From contig JAZASH010000002.1 in the NCBI GenBank assembly GCA_036343395.1, forward strand, positions 12,425 through 76,424: a DNA stretch of 64,000 bases. Direction: 5' to 3'. Positions within the stretch are counted from its first letter, which is position 1. Each line of letters opens with the position of its first letter. This stretch comes from Eubacterium sp. (lineage in GTDB: Bacteria > Bacillota > Clostridia > Lachnospirales > Lachnospiraceae). The notes below the pieces were generated by a model that saw only the letters and a program-made list of their open reading frames with translations, did no database searches and was not told where the DNA came from. Of this stretch, positions 47,022 to 56,255 are shown piece by piece. The translations under genes were made by a program, and so were the position numbers.

Positions 47022-48836
47022 ATGGATATTCAAAAAGAGTATGATGATATCGTTGATGAATTCTATCGCTGTTTTAGTTTGAAAAATATTAAAAAAGAAG
47101 AATGTGAGTTCATAACTGAACTTCTAAAGAAACAGTGCGATGGTAAGAGAATTGGTGTGTATGGAACAGGACTACATACAGAAAAACTTGGAGAATTATA
47201 CAGTCTTGATGATATTATGTTTTATATCGATTCAAGTCGAAACAGCGGTGAATATAATGGGAAAAGGGTTATCTCGCCATATAATGAGCATATTAAGTGG
47301 CTGGATGTTATCATCATTTCTAGTTTTGTTCACAGAAAGGAAATGGAAGAAAAGCTTTATGAGGTTGGGTTTTGCGGCAAAGTGATTGACATATATGATG
47401 AAATTAATGCTGAGTTTTCTGATGTTTACAATTCCACATTTGTTTCTTTTTTTGATGAATATGTACCTGCAAATGATGAATTATATCGCCTGCTGATCAA
47501 CTATAAAAGATTTGGCGGGGAAAACGACATCCAGTTATTCATTATAGGATTGCTTAAAATATATGACTTTAAGAATGCTCTTTCATATTTAGATGAATAT
47601 TGCGAGATATATGGAAGACAAAATGAGGGAAAAGGGGCAAGTATTCTAAAAGCGGTTGACAGATTGACCAATTTGCTAAACCGGATCAAAAGTGAGATAC
47701 AGTCCAGGCCGTACAAGGATATAATTATTAATTGGGTCGACAATATTGGCGTTGATTTCAAAGAAATGCGGTTTCTGTCCAGCATAGTTGAAAAATCTGT
47801 TGTATACAAAGATGCATATACTGTAATTCCATATACTTCTTCTGTGATTGAGACCATTAATTATGGAGAGAACAATATTGATGCGAGGTTGTTTGAGAAA
47901 AGAAAAGACAAGTCGGATTCTCGGCTGGTAGAGGCATGTAAAAAGCATCATTATGAGTTTAAGCATCTGGCAATGAAATCTTACACGTCAGGTTATCCGG
48001 AAGGATGCGAAGAGTATCAAAGAAAAGTATTTCGGAATACACGAATTCCTTCGACTGTGCATCAATGGGAGGCACTGCGATTATTAACATCTGTAAACGA
48101 ACCATTGGTAATAATTATTCATAATCTATGGGAAACTCATCAACCGTTTTGCAGTCCTTTTACTCCTAGATATACGTGGAATTATTATGAGTATACAGAG
48201 TATTGGAACGAGCATCCGGAAATGCATTCTAAGCTTGAAGTAAACAGAATCAATTGCAGATACTATTTAGATGAACAGCTTGAATGGTATTATTCTTTTT
48301 TGAATGGGAATAGCATTAAAATATATTTTAGTGACCATGGGTTTCGGTATAATAATTATTATGAAGAATCCAGATCTAGAATTCTTTTCTCGGTTATGTC
48401 TGACAGTCTCCAGCCGAGATGTATTGATAAAGGAGTGTTTAGTTTAAATAGATTTATAGATGTATTGGATTTGTTAATGAGTGGTGGGACCGAATTAGAA
48501 AGGCTAACGGATGATTTTGCACCTCTTCAGAATTATGATACGTATATGATATTGTATGTTCTTTGGGCTTTGGATGGAAAACAGAATAAGAGATTATCGT
48601 TGCAGTATCGAGGCGGTACAGACGGTAAATACAAGTATATACGATTTGTAGATGGTAAAGAATATTTTTTTGTTTTGCCGGATGAGGATACAAACTATAT
48701 AGATGATAAGTCATATGCGGATGATATAGAAAGATTGAAACGAAATTCCGGAGATGACTTTATTGATGTGTTTGAAGAAGATTTTTTTATCCGGTCTCGG
48801 ATTCTATATGATTATTGGGGGTTATCATGTCATTAA
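47022..48836 (+). CDS. Alkaline-phosphatase/sulfatase-fold protein B (paralogue of 40849)
   Basis: IIINWVDNIG...DAYTVIPYTSS...HNLWETHQP...YFSDHG. Confidence 0.65.
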   Translation: MDIQKEYDDIVDEFYRCFSLKNIKKEECEFITELLKKQCDGKRIGVYGTGLHTEKLGELYSLDDIMFYIDSSRNSGEYNGKRVISPYNEHIKWLDVIIISSFVHRKEMEEKLYEVGFCGKVIDIYDEINAEFSDVYNSTFVSFFDEYVPANDELYRLLINYKRFGGENDIQLFIIGLLKIYDFKNALSYLDEYCEIYGRQNEGKGASILKAVDRLTNLLNRIKSEIQSRPYKDIIINWVDNIGVDFKEMRFLSSIVEKSVVYKDAYTVIPYTSSVIETINYGENNIDARLFEKRKDKSDSRLVEACKKHHYEFKHLAMKSYTSGYPEGCEEYQRKVFRNTRIPSTVHQWEALRLLTSVNEPLVIIIHNLWETHQPFCSPFTPRYTWNYYEYTEYWNEHPEMHSKLEVNRINCRYYLDEQLEWYYSFLNGNSIKIYFSDHGFRYNNYYEESRSRILFSVMSDSLQPRCIDKGVFSLNRFIDVLDLLMSGGTELERLTDDFAPLQNYDTYMILYVLWALDGKQNKRLSLQYRGGTDGKYKYIRFVDGKEYFFVLPDEDTNYIDDKSYADDIERLKRNSGDDFIDVFEEDFFIRSRILYDYWGLSCH

Positions 48837-49816
48837 CTATCATCATGTACCACTATGTGAGAGACATAGACCGAAGCCGATATCCTCATATAAAGGGTGT
48901 TGAGAGAGATGTTTTTGAGGAACAGGTAAAATATATACGTGATCACTTCACGCCGGTCAGGATGGAGGATGTTTTGGAGGCAGCGCAGTTTGGTGTAAGT
49001 TACAAACTGCCGGAGGATGCTGCGTTGCTTACCTTTGATGACGGATACATCGATCACTACACGGTTGCATTTCCGATTCTCAAGAGGTACGGGATGCAAG
49101 GGGCTTTTTTTCCTGTGACTATGGCGGTGAGGGAGCATAAGCTGTTGGATGTGAATAAGGTTCACTTTATCCTCGCAGAGGCTGAAAACAAAGGAGATGC
49201 CGGGATCAAGTGTTTGGTGAAAGATTGTTATGACTTGATCGATAAGTATAGAGTGGATGGCAGGGTGTCGGAAACGGCGGATGAGCTCTATGAGGAGCTC
49301 GCTGTGGCAAATCGATGGGATCCTGGTGAGATCATATTTGTTAAAAGACTTCTGCAGAACCGACTGGCCGGAGATGTTCGAAGTGAGATGGCTTCAACTC
49401 TTTTCGACAGGTATGTCGGGGTTGACGAGGAGACTTTTGCCGGAGAGCTATATATGAACCCGGATCAGATGAAGGTGATGAAGGATGGAGGGATGTTCTT
49501 TGGAATACATGGGAGCGGCCACATATGGATGAACAAGACGGATATTGAAGTGGTTGAGCAGGATGTATCGGAAGCAGTAGCTTATTTTTCATCGGATGAG
49601 TTTGGTGCAGATGGCGGATTGATTGATCCTGATTGCTGGGTGGTAAATTATCCGTTCGGCGGGGTGAATGATGAAGTCGTGAGGATTGCGAAGTCTCTGG
49701 GAGCGGCACTTGGACTTACCTGCGAGGCCAGAGATGCTGATATAGGTAGAGATGATCCATATCTGCTTCCCCGGTGGGATACGAACGATCTGTATCCCAG
49801 AGGAAAAAACAGATAA
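48827..49816 (+). CDS. Polysaccharide deacetylase family protein
   Basis: IIMYHYVR...LLTFDDGYIDHY...GIHGSGH...NYPFGG. Confidence 0.85.
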   Translation: MSLTIIMYHYVRDIDRSRYPHIKGVERDVFEEQVKYIRDHFTPVRMEDVLEAAQFGVSYKLPEDAALLTFDDGYIDHYTVAFPILKRYGMQGAFFPVTMAVREHKLLDVNKVHFILAEAENKGDAGIKCLVKDCYDLIDKYRVDGRVSETADELYEELAVANRWDPGEIIFVKRLLQNRLAGDVRSEMASTLFDRYVGVDEETFAGELYMNPDQMKVMKDGGMFFGIHGSGHIWMNKTDIEVVEQDVSEAVAYFSSDEFGADGGLIDPDCWVVNYPFGGVNDEVVRIAKSLGAALGLTCEARDADIGRDDPYLLPRWDTNDLYPRGKNR

Positions 49817-49839
49817 TGGCCTGATGTGAGGAGCCGGAT

Positions 49840-50544
49840 ATGATAGAAGGGAAAAAAGCAATAGCAATCATTCCTGCCAGGGGCGGAAGCAAGGGGATAC
49901 CCGGGAAAAACGTGGTGGATGTTGCCGGCAGACCGCTGATTGCATACACCATAGCGGCAGCTACCAATTGTGATGAGATAGACAGAGTGGTTGTGTCTAC
50001 GGATGATACAGATATTGCAGGTATAGCAATCCGGGAAGGAGCAGAGGTGCCATGGCTGCGCCCGGCTGAGCTGGCATCCGACACGTCTAAAACCATCGAT
50101 GCCGTGATATATACGTTGGAGCGTATCCGGTCGGAGGAAGGTGAGAAGTATGATCTGCTTGTCCTCCTGCAGCCAACCAGTCCTTTGAGGCGTGAAGTAG
50201 ACATCAAGGTTGCCATCCGTGCGGCTGTAGATACCGGTGAGGATGTAGTGACGATCAGTGAGATCAATGATCCGCCCGTGCTGATGAGAGAATACGAAGA
50301 GATATCGGACGGTGTAGGGAGGGTAAAGAATTACATAGATACTTCCTCTACGATTCGAAGGCAGGATATGAAAAAAATGTACCGGGTAAATGGTGCTGTC
50401 TATGTTAACCATGTGGATCGGCTCAGCTTGGATACAAGTCTGAATGACAATCCAGTTGGGGTTTTGATGCCCAAAGAAAGAAGTATTGATGTTGATGATG
50501 AGACAGATTTGTTCATGGTCAGGGCATTGATCACGAGTGAATAA
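49840..50544 (+). CDS. neuA: CMP-N-acetylneuraminate synthetase
   Basis: IIPARGGSKGIPGKN...VVSTDD...LLQPTSPLR...NGAVY...SIDVDDETD. Confidence 0.92.
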   Translation: MIEGKKAIAIIPARGGSKGIPGKNVVDVAGRPLIAYTIAAATNCDEIDRVVVSTDDTDIAGIAIREGAEVPWLRPAELASDTSKTIDAVIYTLERIRSEEGEKYDLLVLLQPTSPLRREVDIKVAIRAAVDTGEDVVTISEINDPPVLMREYEEISDGVGRVKNYIDTSSTIRRQDMKKMYRVNGAVYVNHVDRLSLDTSLNDNPVGVLMPKERSIDVDDETDLFMVRALITSE

Positions 50545-50567
50545 TCTGACAGAGGGAGTTGGACGCG

Positions 50568-51602
50568 ATGTCATTTTTAATGGGAGAGATTGAGGTGAGT
50601 TCGGATTCTCCGGTTCTGGTTATACCGGAAATAGGAATCAATCATGCAGGCAGTCTGAGCGTGGCGAAAGAGATGGCGGCATCGGCACATAGAGCAGGCG
50701 CAAGGCTGATCAAGCACCAGACACATATTTGCGAGGATGAGATGAGTGGTGCTGCCAGGAGTGTGGTTCCAGGGAATTCTGATAGATCGATATACGATAT
50801 CATGGAGTCATGTGCCCTGGATGAGGAGGAAGAACGCGCTTTCAAGGATTATGTAGAATCACTGGGGATGATGTTTATCAGTACGCCATTCTCCCGAGCT
50901 GCTGCGGAGAGACTTGAGCGGCTGGGAGTCGGGGCCTATAAGATCGGATCCGGTGAGTGCAACAACTATCCGCTGGTGGAGCATATCGCTGAATATGGAA
51001 AACCAATGATTATTTCTACCGGGATGAATGATTTGCCATCTATAGAGAAAACGGTCAGCATTCTGGAAAGGTATGGTGTGACGTACGCGCTGATGCACAC
51101 GACCAATTTGTATCCGACCAAGCCGGAATGGGTGAGACTTGGGGCGATGAGAGAGTTGATGGAGGCATTTCCCGGTGTGGAGATAGGATTGTCTGATCAT
51201 ACCCTGAACAACAATGCTTGTATTGCCGCGATGGGACTCGGTGCTACTCTGGTCGAGAGACATTATACAGACAGGATGGATCGGATCGGACCGGATATCA
51301 TATGTTCTATGGATGAGGTGGCTCTCGGAGAGCTGCTGAAGGCGGCCGGTGAGATTCCGCAGATGAGAGGCGGGAGCAAGTGTGCTATCCCTGAAGAAAA
51401 AGTGACGATAGATTTTGCGTTTGCTACGGTGGTTACGATAAAGGATGTTCGTGTAGGCGAGACCTTCACGAAGGATAACCTGTGGGTGAAGCGTCCTGGG
51501 ACCGGTGAGTTCCCTGCAGCGGAGTATGACAATATCCTCGGAAGGGTTGCAAATACCGATATATCTGCGGATACACAACTGAGCCGAGAGATGATTCGGT
51601 AG
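50568..51602 (+). CDS. neuB: N-acetylneuraminate synthase
   Basis: EIGINHAGS...KHQTHICEDEMS...PGNSDRSIYDIM...GLSDHT, C-terminal SAF domain KRPGTGE. Confidence 0.93.
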   Translation: MSFLMGEIEVSSDSPVLVIPEIGINHAGSLSVAKEMAASAHRAGARLIKHQTHICEDEMSGAARSVVPGNSDRSIYDIMESCALDEEEERAFKDYVESLGMMFISTPFSRAAAERLERLGVGAYKIGSGECNNYPLVEHIAEYGKPMIISTGMNDLPSIEKTVSILERYGVTYALMHTTNLYPTKPEWVRLGAMRELMEAFPGVEIGLSDHTLNNNACIAAMGLGATLVERHYTDRMDRIGPDIICSMDEVALGELLKAAGEIPQMRGGSKCAIPEEKVTIDFAFATVVTIKDVRVGETFTKDNLWVKRPGTGEFPAAEYDNILGRVANTDISADTQLSREMIR

Positions 51603-51615
51603 CGGGCCGGCGCTC

Positions 51616-51663
51616 TTGACAGCCTAGGTGATTTATGCGATAATGGGAGCCAGAGATGGCTCC
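51616..51663 (+). promoter_or_regulatory. sigmaA promoter plus inverted repeat for the SDR...pepM operon
   Basis: TTGACA-17-GATAAT (TG extended), immediately followed by GGAGCCA-GAGA-TGGCTCC. Confidence 0.65.
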
Positions 51664-51730
51664 TGTTTGTTGTTTTGAAGATGAAGTGGAAAAACGCTGA
51701 TGTAGAAGGGAAGCCGGGAGGTTTTTTAAT

Positions 51731-52474
51731 ATGCCAATGCATGGGAAAACTGTTATCATTACGGGCTGTAACAGGGGGATCGGAAAGGCGATTTTGGAAG
51801 GGATGGCTAGGAGAGGAACGGACATCATCGCGATCATCAGGGATAAAAAGCCGGATTTTGAACAATTTAGTGAAGAAATGGCACGTGAATGCGATGTTAG
51901 TATTCGTATGGTATATGCGGATTTTTCGGATGAAGAGGCTGTCAAGGCGGCTGCAAAGCAGATTATTCAGATGAAATGCCCGATTGACGCGATTGTCCAT
52001 AATACTGCTGTGGCGAATGAGTCGAGATCCTATATGATGACCGGCGTTGATGAGATGAAGCGTGTTTTCCAGATCAATTTTTTCTCACCGATTCTGTTGA
52101 CACAGCTACTGGGGCGCCAGATGATCAGGGCAAAGAAAGGGAGTATCGTTTTTATTGCGTCTGCCGCGATTTATGACGCGTGGGGAAATCTGGAGTATAC
52201 CGCCAGTAAGGCGGCAGTGGCGGGAGCCGTGAAGAGGCTTGCCAGAGAGATGGGGGCTTACGGTGTAAGGGTTAATGCTGTTGCACCCACGCTGACCGAG
52301 ACGGAGATGGCGGAGAAGATGAGCAAGGAGGATCAGGATGTGATCCTTTCGAGAAATATCATGCATCGGATGGGAAAGCCGGAGGAGATAGCAGATGCCG
52401 TTGCCTATCTGACGTCGGATGAGTCTGGGTTTATAACCGGACAGATTCTCCGTGTAGACGGTGGCTTGTTGTAA
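51731..52474 (+). CDS. SDR oxidoreductase
   Basis: TGCNRGIG; YTASK; VNAVAPTLTET; LRVDGG. Confidence 0.9.
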   Translation: MPMHGKTVIITGCNRGIGKAILEGMARRGTDIIAIIRDKKPDFEQFSEEMARECDVSIRMVYADFSDEEAVKAAAKQIIQMKCPIDAIVHNTAVANESRSYMMTGVDEMKRVFQINFFSPILLTQLLGRQMIRAKKGSIVFIASAAIYDAWGNLEYTASKAAVAGAVKRLAREMGAYGVRVNAVAPTLTETEMAEKMSKEDQDVILSRNIMHRMGKPEEIADAVAYLTSDESGFITGQILRVDGGLL

Positions 52475-52487
52475 TCGGAGGGAACAG

Positions 52488-54278
52488 ATGATTCGAGTTG
52501 TTGATTATATCGTGAAGCGCCTGAAAGAGCAGGGAATAGATCATGTTTTTTTTGTTCCCGGCGTGGGATGTATGTATCTGACGGATGCGTTGGCAAAGGA
52601 TAAGGAGATTACGGCCGTGTCGGTGCATCACGAACAGGCGGCTGCAATGGCTGCACTGGCCTATGCACAACAGAAAGAGGGACTGGGTGCGTGTTTTCTG
52701 ACAACGGGGTGTGGCGGGACAAATGCTATTACCGGTGTCCTCCATGCGTGGCAGGATGGAATCCCGTGTATCATCATATCCGGTCAGGTCAAACAGGAAG
52801 ATAGTATCGATGGCTGCGGTGCGGATGTGAGACAGGTGGGAAGACAGGAGGCGGATGTCTACCCCATGATAAAGGGAATTACTAAGTACGCGTCTGTCGT
52901 ACGTAATGCTTCGCAGATTGGTGCGGAGATGGATAAGGCGATTTATCATTCTGTCAACGGGAGACAGGGACCGTCCTGGCTCATTCTGCCGTTGGATGTG
53001 CAGGCGGGGATGGTAGATGAGGATTCACTGGATTCGTGGAGGCCGGAAACGAAACCGGAAGATACGGTAGATAGAGATGCGGAGGAGATCAGTGAATGGA
53101 TCCGGAGCGTCTCGAGACCTCTTCTTCTGGTTGGAAGCGGGATCCGGGCGGCCGGAGCTGTGGGAATACTGCAGTCGTTCCTGGACAAGACAGGAATGCC
53201 GGTCGTGTGTGCGAGAACGGGAGTCGATCTGATCGATGGTGACAGAGCCTATGCGATAGGGGTGACCGGGACATTGGGGGTCAACAGGGCTGCGAACTTT
53301 GCCGTGGCTAACTGTGATCTGCTTTTGGTCGTAGGCCACAGGATGAGCCGTGATACGGTTGGTGATGCAAATAAATATGCAAGAGAAGCCAGAATATGTA
53401 TGATCGATATTGACCCGGAGGAGATGAATAAAAACACCATACGTGTCGATAAAAAGATATGTGCGGATGCCGGTTCATTTTTGCATAAACTGTCGGAAAG
53501 AGTGTCTTCCGATGATATCGACAAAAACTGGAAAGATAAGTGTATGCATTGGAAATGTGTTTTTCCCAAAAAAGATGCTTTGTGTGTATCGGAGGAGAAA
53601 AGTGTACCGGATCTGTATACGTTTTTGGATGCACTATCAAAGGTGATGCCGGAGAAAACGACGTTGCTCAGTGATGCCGGCTCCGTATGGCAACTGGTGC
53701 CATCCGTGGTCGGATATGATGGCATGACACAGCGTAGTATTCATGCTTATGCGCAGGGAGAAATGGGGTTTTCGATACCCGGTGGTATAGGGGCTGCCTA
53801 TGCGAATCCGGATGGAGTCACGGTGGCCATCACCGGTGATGGCTCTGCCATGATGAATATCCAGGAACTGGCTACCATCCATCACAGAAGTATACCGGTC
53901 AAGATCATCGTAATCAATAATAAAGGTTATGCCACGATCAAGACCACACAGAAGGATGCCTTTCGAAGGACCATTGGAACCGGGTTGGAGGATGGACTGG
54001 GGATGCCGGAGTACAGTTGTCTGGCGGAAGCATTCGGAATCTGTTACATGAGTATCGATACTACCGATCATCTGGAAGAGAGTATTCGTGAGGTGTTGGA
54101 TACGGAAGGGCCGGTGTTGTGTGAGGTGTTCTGTGAAGACAGGACGCGGACTCTCATGACTTCCTTTGCCATGACAAAGGAAAGACGGATGGTGATGAGG
54201 CCAATCGAGGATTTGTCACCGTTTCTTGACAGAGAGTTGTTCCTGAGCGAAATGATAATAGACCCAATCGATCAATGA
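52488..54278 (+). CDS. ThDP-dependent acetolactate-synthase-like enzyme
   Basis: HHEQAAAMAA...TTGCGGTNA...GDGSAMMNIQEL...NN ThDP motif; no small subunit nearby. Confidence 0.85.
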   Translation: MIRVVDYIVKRLKEQGIDHVFFVPGVGCMYLTDALAKDKEITAVSVHHEQAAAMAALAYAQQKEGLGACFLTTGCGGTNAITGVLHAWQDGIPCIIISGQVKQEDSIDGCGADVRQVGRQEADVYPMIKGITKYASVVRNASQIGAEMDKAIYHSVNGRQGPSWLILPLDVQAGMVDEDSLDSWRPETKPEDTVDRDAEEISEWIRSVSRPLLLVGSGIRAAGAVGILQSFLDKTGMPVVCARTGVDLIDGDRAYAIGVTGTLGVNRAANFAVANCDLLLVVGHRMSRDTVGDANKYAREARICMIDIDPEEMNKNTIRVDKKICADAGSFLHKLSERVSSDDIDKNWKDKCMHWKCVFPKKDALCVSEEKSVPDLYTFLDALSKVMPEKTTLLSDAGSVWQLVPSVVGYDGMTQRSIHAYAQGEMGFSIPGGIGAAYANPDGVTVAITGDGSAMMNIQELATIHHRSIPVKIIVINNKGYATIKTTQKDAFRRTIGTGLEDGLGMPEYSCLAEAFGICYMSIDTTDHLEESIREVLDTEGPVLCEVFCEDRTRTLMTSFAMTKERRMVMRPIEDLSPFLDRELFLSEMIIDPIDQ

Positions 54279-54291
54279 GGAGGGATTGTTC

Positions 54292-54531
54292 ATGACTAAT
54301 CTTGAGAAATATGATGCGGCGTTCCGGCAGGCGTTGGCACTTGATGATGAATATGATGTCACAGGTCTACGATACCAGGCGATTCCGTCGTGGGATTCCG
54401 TGGGACATATGGGATTGGTTGCCTGCCTGGAGGACAGCTTTGGATTCGTGTTTGATGTCGATGATATGATAGACTTGGACTCTTATGAGAAGGGGATTGA
54501 GCTACTGAAAAAATACGACATTGAGATTTGA
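54292..54531 (+). CDS. Acyl carrier protein 3
   Basis: WDSVGHMGLV motif; similar to ACP 2. Confidence 0.88.
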   Translation: MTNLEKYDAAFRQALALDDEYDVTGLRYQAIPSWDSVGHMGLVACLEDSFGFVFDVDDMIDLDSYEKGIELLKKYDIEI

Positions 54532-54550
54532 TATCGGCAGGGAGGCATAG

Positions 54551-55153
54551 ATGACGGACTATGAATATGTCACGATCTCTCCACCTGACAGAGATCAAGG
54601 AAGAAGACTGAGTTATGACGGTTTTTCTCTCCTGGACCGTGTTGTCGATGTTGAGGTAAAGAGTACCCAGGTTCAGGGATTGAATCGGTATCGGTTTACC
54701 ATTTCAAAGGAGTCGGTGTCAGAAAAAAAGGAAGAGATGCTCGCCATTTGTTCCGAGGCGTATGTCAATGATTACAGGTTCTATGTTTCAGGCGAAAGAT
54801 CGGATCCAGATGCAGTGGCTCGAATGAGGGATTTGATCGGTCAGTTAGAGCATCCGGGAACGATCCTTTTGTGGGTGGAATATCGCGAAAACGGAATAGG
54901 GTTTCTGGCGCTGACATCGGAGGAGGATGCAATGCGAATCACATTGGCAGCAGTCCTTCCGAAATATCAGGGAAGCGGAGTGGCTCTTGAGTTGTATACG
55001 AAAGGGATACTGGTAGCCGCTGAGGCTGGGATGAACCGGGTTATCGGTCGGATATCCACGACAAACACCGCAGTGATGAATCTGTATTCGCATCTGGGGG
55101 CCAAGTTTACTTCTCCGATGGATGTCTACGTCAGGAAACAGGAAGGAAAGTGA
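54551..55153 (+). CDS. GNAT family acyltransferase
   Basis: ITLAAVLPKYQGSGVA...ISTTNTAVMNLYSHLG. Confidence 0.8.
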   Translation: MTDYEYVTISPPDRDQGRRLSYDGFSLLDRVVDVEVKSTQVQGLNRYRFTISKESVSEKKEEMLAICSEAYVNDYRFYVSGERSDPDAVARMRDLIGQLEHPGTILLWVEYRENGIGFLALTSEEDAMRITLAAVLPKYQGSGVALELYTKGILVAAEAGMNRVIGRISTTNTAVMNLYSHLGAKFTSPMDVYVRKQEGK

Positions 55154-55159
55154 AAGAAA

Positions 55160-56236
55160 ATGAAGCTGGATGACTGGTTTGAACTGGATCCGTATGGGCT
55201 GGAACAGGGAGAAAAGGGAGTAAAGACTGCGGATTATATGAGGGAGTTGTGCCGCTATCACTATGAAGCCTGTCCGGAGTATAAAGCAATTCTGGACACA
55301 CTGGGTGTAGATATAGAGGAAATCGATTCACCGGAAATGGTTCCCTATGTACCGGTTCGATTATTTAAAAACCATTATCTGCACAGTGTGCCCGAGGAGG
55401 AGATCACCCGTGTGATGACATCGTCGGGGACGACCGGACAACAGGTTTCACGTATAGCTTTGAGCGCGGACAATGCCAAGGCGCAGCAGAAGGCGCTGTC
55501 CAGGATCGTGGCTTCCTATGTTGGGGAAAACCGGTTGCCACTCATGATTCTTGATTCTAAGAGAGCCATCAAGGATCGCAAGATGTTTTCGGCAAGGGGG
55601 GCGGGAATCCTCGGCTTTTCCATATTTGGTAAGGATACTACATATGCGCTTGATGAGGATATGAAGCCGGATTTGGGAGTAATCGAGGAGTTTCTGAAAA
55701 AGCACGGTGATGAGCCAATCCTTTTATTCGGGTATACCTATATGATCTGGAAGGAGTTTTATCTCAACCTGAAGGAAGCGGGACAAAAAGTCGACTTTGG
55801 GAAAGGATCAAGACTATTTCATGTAGGCGGATGGAAAAAACTACAGGATCTGGCCGTGGATAAGGATGAATATGCAGGCAGTCTCAGGGAACAGTGTGGG
55901 ATTGAGTTTGTTCATAACTATTATGGAATGGCGGAACAGCTGGGGTCTATTTTTGTTGAATGTGAAGAGGGACATCTGCACACCAGTATCTATTCTGATG
56001 TGATCATCCGGGATTCGGAGGATTTTTCTGAGGTATCGGACGGAGAGGCTGGATTGATGGAGGTGATGTCTGTATTGCCGACATCCTATCCGGGGCATGC
56101 TATCCTGACCGAGGATAAGGGAAGAATCCTGGGAGTTGACGACTGTCCCTGTGGAAGGAAAGGGAAATACTTTGAGATATTGGGCAGGATCGCACGAGCA
56201 GAGGTGAGAGGCTGCAGCGATACTTATCAAGGATGA
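55160..56236 (+). CDS. Acyl-protein synthetase (LuxE family)
   Basis: TSSGTTG...HVGGWKK...YYGMAEQ...YPGHAILTEDKG...GRIARAEVRGCS. Confidence 0.88.
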   Translation: MKLDDWFELDPYGLEQGEKGVKTADYMRELCRYHYEACPEYKAILDTLGVDIEEIDSPEMVPYVPVRLFKNHYLHSVPEEEITRVMTSSGTTGQQVSRIALSADNAKAQQKALSRIVASYVGENRLPLMILDSKRAIKDRKMFSARGAGILGFSIFGKDTTYALDEDMKPDLGVIEEFLKKHGDEPILLFGYTYMIWKEFYLNLKEAGQKVDFGKGSRLFHVGGWKKLQDLAVDKDEYAGSLREQCGIEFVHNYYGMAEQLGSIFVECEEGHLHTSIYSDVIIRDSEDFSEVSDGEAGLMEVMSVLPTSYPGHAILTEDKGRILGVDDCPCGRKGKYFEILGRIARAEVRGCSDTYQG

Positions 56237-56255
56237 TTGTCAAGGAGGAGCACGT

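Noticed and set aside
26368-51602. Pseudaminic or legionaminic acid pathway
   Set aside because: No PseB/PseC or LegB/LegC-type dehydratase was recognised; the only sugar aminotransferase is WecE-type
49648-52000. Long antisense ORFs (49648-50574, 50859-51578, 51263-52000)
   Set aside because: They fully overlap well-supported neuA, neuB and SDR genes on the opposite strand, and have no recognisable motifs or RBS
52488-54278. Housekeeping acetolactate synthase (ilvB) or canonical phosphonopyruvate decarboxylase
   Set aside because: No ilvN/ilvC/ilvD neighbours; the ~600-aa ALS-like architecture does not match the shorter Ppd type as I recall it, so it was left as an unassigned ThDP enzyme
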